A program made the position numbers and the translations under genes. From assembly GCF_964188315.1 (NCBI RefSeq), contig NC_135655.1, positions 44,826,001 to 44,890,000 on the forward strand: a DNA stretch of 64,000 bases, written 5' to 3'. The DNA is from Podarcis muralis (lineage: Eukaryota). Within the stretch, counting starts at the first letter, position 1; the number at the start of each line of letters is the position of its first letter. The notes beneath the pieces are model-generated. The model worked only from the letters and a program-made list of their open reading frames with translations. It searched no databases and was not told where the DNA came from. Positions 54,501 to 64,000 of this stretch are shown in pieces.

Positions 54501-56626
54501 AAATTTCTCTTCCTGTTATCTCTTCTGGGAGGGGTTCCTGTTAGAAACCTAATAATAATAATAATAATATAACATAACATAACATAACAATTGTAACGTG
54601 AATTATTGAGCAATCTCCCCTCCCTTTCAAATCCCCCAGATTATGTTCACTCTTTTACAGTGCTAACAACTTGAAATATTCCTAGGTGATACATATATTT
54701 AGCCTCCATAGTGTGAAATATCACCTCACAAAGATATTATCATTTTCTGTTACATTTTTCTTTTTCATGCAGGCATGTAGTAGAATTGTTGGTGTCGGCA
54801 GTGGCTTTCATTGAAAAACTAGAAACCCATCTAACCACAGTAAGGAGCATTCCTCAAATACCTCTAGTTATGAAAAACATGGTGAGTGGTCTGTCATATA
54901 ACTTTTCCTCGTTTCCTTTGATAGTAAAGTAGTGGCTAAGAGCATGGAAGTCTTAGCTGGAAGTCTCTAGTTTGAATCTCACCAGGCCATGGATTCCCTG
55001 GGTTGTCTCACTCAGAATGCTGGCTAATAGGCCTGTACCTGACATAAGGTATGTGAAGCACTGTAACGTCTGCTTCACTTCACACTAAGCTTCCCCTGCA
55101 ATTAGAGAAACTGTGAATCTGTATCTCTGTCCTTGAAGAAAGGAGCTTCAATTGCTGAATCAATTGATCAGAAAGTTCAATTCCATCTATTTGAGTCTGA
55201 ATAGTGACTGTTTTTCTGTCCTGCTACAGGTGTTAATTTCCCGTCAGTGCTAAGATGATTGTATTATCACTAATTATTGCAGTTGTGAAAGGTCACTCTA
55301 GTTATTCTGCATACTGTACAGTTGAACTGTACGGTTCCATTGGACTGTACTTTATTTTGCTTTTCATTGCCATTTAATTCCAACTTTTACATTTTTCCTT
55401 TATTTAACATCCCCTCATTAAAATAGTACCGAAGTGATGAACAACAAAGCAGTTAAATGCAAAACAATTCAGTATACGATAAAAACTATTTTAAAAAGCC
55501 AGCATATCACTGTTAACAGCAGTCAGGTATCATTCAACTGATACCAGAAGCAAGGGAAAGCTAGATATGTGTTTAAAAGCTGGCAGAAGCTGTTAAATAG
55601 GTGCCTGCCATATCTTAAGAGTAAGAAGGGTCATTGCTAAGGCTAGGGGCACAAGATGAGCCCCTGCAGTCTGGCATTAGGGCCTCCTCCAAAGATCTTG
55701 GTGAACGAGCAGATCTATATGGGAGTTGCTCTTTCAGATAACCCGGTTCTAGGGAATTATAAGTTAATAACAAAATGTTAAACTTGACTTAATAACAAGC
55801 TTAGCATTTCTTAATACCCATGTGTGCATTACATATCTGCCAGGTGAGGATTACATAATGCATCTGATAAAGTGGACTCTGCTCCACAAAAGATTATGCC
55901 AGGATAAATTTCTTAGTCTTTAAAAGGTAAAGGGACCCCTGACTATTAGGTCCAGTCGTGGCCGACTTTGGGGTTGCAGCGCACATCTTGCTTTATTGGC
56001 CTAGGGAGCCGGCGTACAGCTTCCAGGTCATGTGGCTAGCATGACTAAGCTGCTTCTGGCAAACCAGAGCAGCGCACGGAAACGCCGTTTACCTTCCCGC
56101 TGGAGCGGTACCTATTTATCTACTTGCACTTTGACGTGCTTTCGAACTGCTAGGTTGGCAGAAGCTGGGACCAGGCAACGGGAGCTCACCCCGTTGTGCG
56201 GATTCGAACCGCCGACCTTCTGATCGGCAAGTCCTAGGCTCTGTGGTTTAACCCACAGCACCACCCGCATCAATTCTTGGGTTTCTGCTATAACAGACTA
56301 ATATGGCTACCCCTAAAGCTATATGAAGGAATCTTTCCTGGAGTACGTTGACAAATGCCAGGGCAGGTATGCTAGTTTCACTTCCCCTGAGCAGCAGTCC
56401 CTGTGATGAGTTCTTATGTTGTTGCAGTTTTAGCATAGCATGCTAAAATACTTGTTTTCCTATTTCATTCCAGGACAGTGCACTAACAAAGATGGACTTG
56501 TTAGTAACAGACACAAAAGCACTGGCAGAACAAATACTGGAGTGGAGAGAGAAAGTAAAGGAGATCTTTGAAAATTCACAGCTGACTGCTGAATCAGATT
56601 CCTGGTTCAGAAGTATAACTCTGTAA
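48395..56626 (+). CDS. HAUS2: HAUS augmin-like complex subunit 2, 215 aa, complete
   Basis: Exons 48395-48484 ([16 protein letters not shown]...), 50291-50383, 51651-51720 (...[13 protein letters not shown]), 53642-53774 ([20 protein letters not shown]...LPIEAMYHR), 54773-54881, 56474-56626 ([14 protein letters not shown]...*). Total 648 nt, GT-AG; motifs match recalled human HAUS2. Confidence 0.95.
49590..50035 (-). mobile_element. Degraded L2 LINE ORF2 fragment
   Basis: Minus strand 49780-49741 translates [13 protein letters not shown], the L2 motif. Confidence 0.8.
50485..51000 (-). mobile_element. Degraded CR1 LINE fragment
   Basis: TCCAGCCTCTGCTTGAAGACCTCCA..GAGGGAGAG..CCAC..TTGAACTGTTCTTAC pattern of a reverse-oriented CR1 3' region. 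The right boundary is approximate. Confidence 0.6.
52713..52840. mobile_element. Palindromic hAT-like MITE
   Basis: Arms AACCTCAGCCCTCCAGATGTTTT..CTACAACTCCCATGATCCCT and AGGGATGATGGGAATTGTAGTC..AAAACGTCTGGAGGGCCGAGGTT. Confidence 0.8.
55921..56271 (-). mobile_element. Sauria SINE, full length, low divergence
   Basis: Minus strand starts GATGCGGGTGGTGCTGTGGGTTAAACC, has B box GGTTCGAATCC, retains many CpGs and ends GTCCCTTTACCTTTTA. Confidence 0.92.
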
Positions 56627-59468
56627 TAGTGCACACTCCCTGCCATGCCTTTTCCTTCCCAATTCTCGGGCTACTTAGAAATTTGGTGTGTAGATAAAAT
56701 GCATGTCTTTTATCACATTTAAAGTCACTTGTGTCTGTCTGAAATATATATTTGTACGTAGAAATAGTGCTGTGTTAGAAACTGACAATGGATGTTAAAT
56801 GGCCCTCTTGAGGTTCTGAGGAATATTTTAAAGAAGCAATTTTATTATGTCGCCTTAACAAGACCAGCTTCATGTACATATGTTTTATAATTTATAGAAA
56901 ATGTTTTATATAAACATTATCTATTTTAAAAAGTGAGACCACTCATATCTTGGTACAAAACTTCAATCAAAATACCAGACTATAGACTCTTTTGTATGGG
57001 TGGGAAAGCTTTGGATTCCACCCTGTCCTAATGTGCATATATGAAAATCTGTAGCTTGATACCTTTGCTCTTCATACTGTTGAATACTGTACTAGAAAAT
57101 AATGCAGAGGAAGAGTATGGGAAACAGTATTCCGTTAGTAATAAACAAACTAAATAAATACTTTTTCCTTAGTTTGTATTTGAAGGGGGGGGGGGAGAAT
57201 AAGCAACCATATACAAATGAGCCTGTCACTGTGCTAGCAAATGCCTGTGTTTCATAATCCTCCATCAGCTATGCTTGATTCGTTATAGCTCGTTATGGCT
57301 CATCATCAGTCTCTCACCTCCATCTGGTCTCTGTTCCAGCCGCTGAGAGAAAGCACAAGATAGATGTGCTGCTATGTAAACAGCATCCTGAGGATATCAA
57401 GACTTGTTTTCTCCCAGTGACAGGACCTGGGTTCTTTTTCACATGTTAAAATAAAAACTACAAGCAGGGAACATCCCACAATAAACGCCCGTATGCATAC
57501 AACCTGGCAAGCAGGCATTTGTGTGTTTATAACCTAAACATGCTTTCTCAATAAAAATGGATGGGTAGTTTTTCTTTCACTCTCATACATTGAAGGTGGC
57601 AATTCTAACTTTCGTAATCCTTATATTTGTTTGTTCCTAAGTGGCATGTAGGTAAATGTGTAAATTTGCCCATGCAGTTAGCCAGTTCTATACACATTTC
57701 CTTTGAACTAAGTTGTGTTTTATTGAATTCAGCGGGATGTGTATAGAGACTTGCAGTTTTTAGTTTAATATGCTTCAAAGACATTCATTTCGGTTCCTGA
57801 ATTTATTTCTGCTTAATTCTCTTTAAAGCAGTTAACCTTACTGATATTAACAGACAACTTAAACTATACTAATTTAAGCAGATATTTCTATTAGAGTACA
57901 TTCACAAAGTTTAAATGATGCAACAACAGGACATAATTTATCAGCACATGCTGTCTGAGAAAAAGGAAGATAACAGTGGTTGCCTCCTGACACGTGATGA
58001 CAACATTGAACAGATAACTAGTAACTGTTCAAATTTGAATGGTCATCTCTAATAGTCTTGGTGTGCTGATGCATTTGTCACTAGGGGGCATAATTGTGAA
58101 TGGTTCCCTTTTGTTACCAGTAACAGTCTGAAAGTTTACATGCTTTCCACCACACCCCCACTTTATTTTTAACTTTTAAGTATCAGCTCACAGTGTGGTT
58201 TTGAAGAAGGTTCTAGATATCAGTATTAGCTCTATATTGCAAAATGGAAACAATACTAAACTCAAAGTATTGTGAAGGCAAATACCTTAAAGACACTAAA
58301 GCTCTCTGAAAGTGAAAAAGTGCTGCATAAATAGTATTTTTAGCAGTATGAAGATAACTGTACAGTGTGAACACACTCTGCCTTTCCTAACAGATAGAAG
58401 GTGTGATTGTATTCACCTGCACTGACTGCCAGTATACTTACTAGATGAAAAGCTAGTGCTTCCCTCTTAAAAGCATTTCGTACACTGGGCCCCATATTTC
58501 TGCAACCACCTCCCTAGTATTAACTATGCCACTTTTAGTTATTGAGACAGACCTTGCTCCATATACAACTTATCAGGAACATAATGTGGCCTTTCCTTCA
58601 TCAGTTGCTCCAAGGTTTTAGAATGATTTCCCCTCAGAGGTGTGTGGTTTCTCCTTAGTGGGTAGCTAGCTGCACTTTATATTTTTGGTTTGCCCTTTGA
58701 GTTTCATAATTTAAATTTGAATGGTTTTGTTAGTATAAATCATCTTGAACCTTTATTTTGTTGTAATACTACATAAGCTGACTCTTCTACTTATGTGCAG
58801 TATTAGTTTGGGTATCTTTCTAGGGAAGTTTTATATATGTGAGAATCTGCATTTTAGCATCTACTCATGGATACACTATAGAGTGGACCCAAAGCAGCCA
58901 AGGATCCAGGAAACATGCCATCAAGGGTGTTAGATGAGGCTCAGAGCAGTGGGCCCACAACAGATAAAGCTCAAATTGCAAGATGGGGTGTTCGGGTGGT
59001 GAACAAAGGTGTGTCACAGCAGCAAGCAGAGAGTGCCAGTCAGGTAAGATCAGTCATGGGGTCAGAAGGCTCCTTGTGGCTTACAGGTGTATCCATGTAT
59101 TGGTGATCAGTTTCTGGTCGACTCTATTGCCCAGTAATTGCTGGCATTTTTGCAAAGAATGCTGGATTTTGCAAACTTTGGCCTGATTCAGCAAAGGCGA
59201 TTTATTCTACACCTTTAGGATTGCTTACTACAGAATTATGTGCCAATCACACTTGACCACTTTCTAAATAAAATAAAATGCACCAAGAAGATTCCTGTTT
59301 TTGTTCTTCAAGGAAGCACGCCATCCTTGTTCTATGTGTTGTTATTAAGCGAGCCAGAATCCACCTCACCACAGGTGCTGTTCTTGAGAAGCCAGATGTG
59401 GTTTATTTTCTTTTTTGACGCACATGTCTCACCAGCATTGGGGTGAGATATTGCTGGACTTTCTACTA

Positions 59469-59474
<6 letters not shown>

Positions 59475-59519
<45 letters not shown>
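59475..59519 (+). repeat. (ATT)15 microsatellite upstream of the STARD9 CpG island
   Basis: Read directly; the source of the poly-Ile ORFs in the track. Confidence 0.95.
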
Positions 59520-59521
<2 letters not shown>

Positions 59522-59599
59522 GGCGTTACCCAGCGCCCTCTTTAGGCCAAGAGTGGAAAGTTGTCGAGTTAAGCGTCTTTCCATACTCCATGAACTTCT

Positions 59600-60320
59600 C
59601 TCAAGTTTCACCCTGACTTGGAGTATTCCCCACCCGCCCAGAAGTTGGAGCAGCCGGCCATTTAGCCGCAGACCCAGCGCCTCACGGAAAACGGAGGGAA
59701 ATTGGAGACACCCGCTTCCCTCAGACCGGCCCAGCAGCAGCAGCAGCAGCCCCTCCCTCCCCATTTCCTCTCCTCTCCCCAGGCGGCCAGGCCCTTCCCT
59801 CAAGAGCAGCTGCGCTGTGCTGGGCGGGGTCGGGCCGTGTTTCCCCTGCCCAGGGCTCTGCGGAGAGCCGAGGCGCTCGGAGGAGGACGGCGGGGATGTG
59901 ATGCAGAGTCGTGGCTTCGGCGGCCGCAGCCTTTTGCTGCGACTCAAGACGGGACATGGCGAATGTCAAAGTGGCGGTGCGGGTCCGGCCTCTCAGCAAA
60001 AGGTGGGCCGGGGGTAGCGCTGGGGCGGCAAGAGAGGGAGTCGACCTCGAAGACGCAGACACACGTCTATGTGCACAAAGGGTGGGAGAGGACGCTTTTT
60101 GCACGCACGCACGCGCCGCCAGCTTGTTTGCACCGTAGCGCGGCTTGTGCGCGTGTGGGACCGTTATGTGCGGCGCTCGCGTCTCCTATGTGGAGGAGCT
60201 GCCAGGTGTTAACATGTGCTGGTTGCAATGGTTGCGTCGCTTGCAGAAAACCTGGGCAGCCCAGGAACTGAAGCGCTGTGCTCGGCTGGGGGGGGGGGCG
60301 GGAAGCTGGTGCTGCGACGT
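59600..60320. promoter_or_regulatory. CpG island, STARD9 promoter
   Basis: GC/CpG-rich block surrounding the STARD9 first coding exon. Confidence 0.75.
59956..60002 (+). CDS. STARD9: STARD9 / KIF16A (kinesin-3) first coding exon; rest of gene beyond window
   Basis: ATG at 59956 gives MANVKVAVRVRPLSKR, the kinesin motor N-terminal VAVRVRP motif; 47-nt coding exon ending AG|GTGGGC; expected position after HAUS2. Confidence 0.92.
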
Positions 60321-60468
60321 AATGGGGCAAGAAAGGTCTTGGTATCGTCTCGCTCAGGCTGATGTTGTGGGACTATAAAGTATATTGTCCAGTAACTGGA
60401 GGGGTGATAGGAATGCGTGGCCGGAGACAAGGGAGGGCTGGGCATCAGTGCAAAAGGTGCAAATGGAG

Positions 60469-60661
60469 CATAGGAGCCAACTCCTAGGGGGCGGAGGTTC
60501 TCTCAGCCCCCCAGTAAAATATTTGAGGGTGCAGTGCATCCCTCCAAAAGTTGATGGGCATCACCATTGAAATGGTGTGTGCACACCGTGTCTTGTGATA
60601 GATTATGTGGGATGGGACTGACCTGCCCCCCCCCCGTATTTTATTCAAGTTGGCACCCCTG
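60469..60661. mobile_element. hAT MITE in STARD9 intron 1
   Basis: TIR CATAGGAGCCAACT...AGTTGGCACCCCTG; perfect 8-bp TSD AAATGGAG at 60461-60468 and 60662-60669. Confidence 0.88.
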
Positions 60662-61827
60662 AAATGGAGACGGGTTGTGTTGAAGTGTGGCACATTTCTG
60701 GGCAGTCTCTGTTTAGGTATATAGTACTCAGAACTCCAGTGAGACTTGTTTATTCCCATGAAGCAAGCATGCTGAGTACATTATGCTTTGTATACATGAT
60801 ATATTTGTTATAGGAATGCTCTCCATTATTAAAAATGTGTTTTGAGTTCATAACAACTTGGCTACAGTTGAATTATTTAAAGGCCTTTCCAGGCAATGAG
60901 TTTATACTAGTGTATTAAATGTGCAATTGCTATGGGGTCCAGTTGTCTTCTCCCAAGACTCCACTTTTGTTGCTAATATATTGCATTTTCCACGCAAACT
61001 GCACACTTAGGACTCTGAGAATGTGATTGGTTTTTTTCCAGTTGCCATGTTCACTGCTTTTGTGATTGCTTCATGGAACACAAAGTATAATAGACAATCG
61101 TAGAAACTGTACCTGCGGTGCCTAAAGACGAGCAAAACTAAACTTCCCCATGCTGTTTTATAAACTTGTTATTTTTAATCACTTGATGTCCTTGGTTTCT
61201 ATGCCCTCGCAGGAGTTTGCTATTTCAGTGATGGAGTGCTCATCTAACATTACTTTATAATTACCAAAAAACTTGAAAGGCAAGCTACTCCTCTCCTGAC
61301 AGAGCCCTGCCAGTTCTGAAAACCTTAAGTTGTTACTTAATTTCTTGATGAGGGCACATTCTCTGGCTGTGTAAAATGCGTATCCTGGCTGAGTGATATG
61401 ACCACCTTGGGCACAGTTCTTGGGGGACAGTGATGGTGCCCGCTGTCTGTACCATTCTGTTGCAGAACAGAGCTGCTTGACTTCACGTGGCCTGTTCTGC
61501 ACCCTCAAAACTAGCTTTTCTCAGGTGCAATGAAGGACATTTCATTGCTAGTCAAGTCAACCTCCATCCATTAATTGGTTACGGCATCATCTTTTCCTGA
61601 AGCACCCAAATAGGCATATGCTGGTCATGCTCCCCATCTATTATATGAGGAGAAAATATTGCACTACTGCCAATGGACAGTGCCTAAAGTGCTAAGGATA
61701 AAATTTTGGGGTCTCTGTTTCTACTATCCAGTAATGGGAGGTCTTTCCATTTTAAATATAGAAATGCTGATGTTACCATAGATAGAACTAGGTCATTTCT
61801 AAACTTCTGTAATATTTCTACCTGCAC

Positions 61828-62369
61828 CAGTGGCATAGCGTGGGGGGCTGTTGCCCTGGGCACATTTTTGAGGGGGCACAAGGGAAACTACACCTGGGCT
61901 GGTCTTTGGGGCTGGGGTGTGGGCAGGAGCCGCTCCACTCCCAGGTCAGGCCTGACCCAGGGGCAGAGGTGTTTAAGAGGTAGCAGCACTGCCCCTCTCC
62001 AATGCTGTGATCCCCTGCAGTTGCCCATCAGTGGCGGCACTGCAGCCGAGGGAGGGACTAGCTTCATTGGCCACTTTGCCTTGTGGGCCCAAATGGACCT
62101 CCTTTCTCCCTCCGTGCACCTGGCACACACAGGGACAAACAAGCACCATTGGCCATGTCCCCACGTGTTGCTCTGCACCCGGAGCGCAGAGGAGCAGGCT
62201 CCATCAGCCCTGACCCCGCGAGGGGCTGTGGCTAAGGCGTGCCGGGTGTGGGGGGCTGCTGGGGTTCTGCAGTGGGCTTCTTCTCCCTCCACCCCGGCTC
62301 CCAGTGCACCCTGCTCCCTGCGCTTGTGTCCACCCACCAAGGGTGCTATGGGCTCAAGCAGTGCCACTA
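61828..62369. mobile_element. GC-rich degraded non-autonomous DNA element
   Basis: Begins CAGTGGCATAGCG and ends near GTGCCACT; GC-rich island in an AT-rich intron. No clear TSD. Confidence 0.45.
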
Positions 62370-63174
62370 ACCAATCCTCTTCATTCTCCCTGCTTTGCAG
62401 GCTGAGTTTATGCATTTAGCAATTCCACACATCCTAAAAGCTGATGTACAAGATTGCAAATTCAGTTCTCATACGTGCTGGAAAGACCATTGTGTGAGTG
62501 AGTGCCTGTGTCTAATGGGATGATTAAAACCATGTGTACTGTGGAAATTTGGGGAGGGTGGGAGAGAGAAAACTTTGGAGCGGTTGCAAAACTTTGTATG
62601 ACTAGTAATGTAACTCCTCCTCTGGAGAAAAGAGAGAACAGCAACAAAGAAACAGATTGAATATTTCAATATGCTGCTTGCTTGTTTTACTACTTTCATT
62701 TTTTTTATTAACTTGGGTCATGTTTTTGGACCACTGACCCTTATAATAAATAACCATTTATGTCTTAAGTGGTATAGTTTCTCAGCCTTTAAACAAATTC
62801 AAGTATACTTGAATTAAGCAGCGTTTTAATATGACTTGGGCAACCATCTCTCAATCCAGAAAATTAGAAGCAAATCTTAACGTTAAATCCTGCATTTTTA
62901 TGCAGGAACTAAGTAATGCAGCTTCCACAACCGGCTTCCAGGAATCAGGTAACAGTGGAATTGTAGTGCCTCTGTATGATATCCATCTAAATCATACTAT
63001 GAGTAGACCCATTCAAAACAATTTGCTTGTCTGTTTATTTCACTGGGCTTACTCTGAGTATGTTTTAGCTGGCTTGCACTCTCTGCCTTTAATCAGGAGA
63101 AAGCCAAAATAAATTAATGCAAATGAAACAAGGGAATAGCTCTGAGGTTTCTGCACAGAGTAAACTCTTAAGTC

Positions 63175-63426
63175 CAGGCGTCAACAAACTTTTTCAGCAG
63201 GGGGCTGGTCTACTGTCCCTCAGACCTTGTTGGAGGCCGGACTATATTTTGAAAAATATATATCAATTAATTCCTTTGCCCCACAAATAACCCAGAGATG
63301 CATTTTAAATAAAAGGACACATTCTACTCATGTAAAAACATGCTGATTCCCAGACCATCTGCAGGCCAGATTTAGAAGGCGATTGGGCTGGATCTGGCCC
63401 CCTGGGCCTTAGTTTGCCTACCAATC
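63175..63426. mobile_element. hAT MITE, family C, copy 2
   Basis: Colinear with 19398-19648; perfect 8-bp TSD CTTAAGTC at 63167-63174 and 63427-63434. Confidence 0.9.
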
Positions 63427-64000
63427 CTTAAGTCACTCTCTGTTTCTGAGCAGGTCTTGTGGTACTTCTGCAGTTTTCTTTAATGCAGAAGTCTCATAGC
63501 AGCATTATTTTTTTCTGCCTTGACCAGTACTCTTGAAGAGATTTAAGCTCCCAGCATTTACCTTCAAAAGGCAATCTGTGTTAACTTGCCTTTAAAAATG
63601 GGCTAGGCAACTTCCTTAAATTTGTGGAAACTAAATAGTGTCAAGCTTTGGGTAGTTAGTTTACATCATCTGCTTCTGTCATCATCTGACTATTAAAGCA
63701 TATCTAAGTACTTTGAGAAAATCTCTCAAAAGTCAAAATAAAATAATTCATTTGAATTTAAGACATTTATCTCTCTTCATGAAAAGTAGTCTTCTGTTTG
63801 AGGTTATTATTATTGTTCTCTTACTTTTTCTACCTTTAAAGTTCTAAATGTATAGAATATTTGTTGGTGTATGTGTCTGAACTAATGGTTTTCCATTAAC
63901 TTAATTCTCCTGATTGTATTGTTTGCTTCAGAGTCGTTTGTGAATGCATCTATAAAGCAAGTTATTACATAATAAGCAAGTTATTACATAGACTATAAGC

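Noticed and set aside
55434-55545. GTGATGA...CTGA, a possible C/D snoRNA in HAUS2 intron 5
   Set aside because: No terminal stem or recognisable rRNA guide; the sequence looks like the AT-rich tail of an adjacent L2 remnant.
59415-60271. Long ORFs with poly-Ile, poly-Leu or poly-Gln tracts
   Set aside because: Produced by the (ATT)15 and short (CAG)n repeats plus a stop-poor CpG island; only the 47-nt STARD9 exon is recognisably coding.
61706-62419. 237-aa and 175-aa ORFs
   Set aside because: They span a GC-rich degraded DNA element; no domain or codon signal.
63955-63990. 17-bp direct repeat AAGCAAGTTATTACATA x2 (a similar 13-bp duplication lies near 7271-7296)
   Set aside because: Ordinary short slippage duplications with no further structure.
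60003-64000. STARD9 exon 2 (expected ETKEGG..-like sequence)
   Set aside because: No matching coding segment found; it probably lies beyond the window.

Overview
Vertebrate genomic DNA, almost certainly a lacertid lizard (Sauria SINE, Squam3-type SINE and lacertid-type MITEs), syntenic with human 15q15. Five spliced protein-coding genes, each checked by hand for GT-AG boundaries and frame: ZNF106 (-, 5' half, runs off the left edge), SNAP23 (+, complete, 208 aa), LRRC57 (-, complete, 238 aa), HAUS2 (+, complete, 215 aa) and STARD9 (+, first coding exon only). ZNF106/SNAP23 and LRRC57/HAUS2 are head-to-head pairs on CpG islands. Introns carry Tc1/mariner and hAT MITEs (several with intact TSDs), SINEs, L2/CR1 remnants and microsatellites. 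Most ORFs in the supplied track are artefacts of CpG islands, repeats or intron read-through. I found no well-supported new biological system. The best leads are isoform and regulatory architecture (a second ZNF106 N-terminus hidden in a splice acceptor, an intronic polyadenylation candidate, uORFs, a candidate poison exon), a SNAP23 C-terminus with an unusual botulinum-toxin cleavage-site pattern, and a MITE carrying the ZNF143/THAP11 promoter motif. All comparisons with human or other reference sequences are from memory, not from searches.
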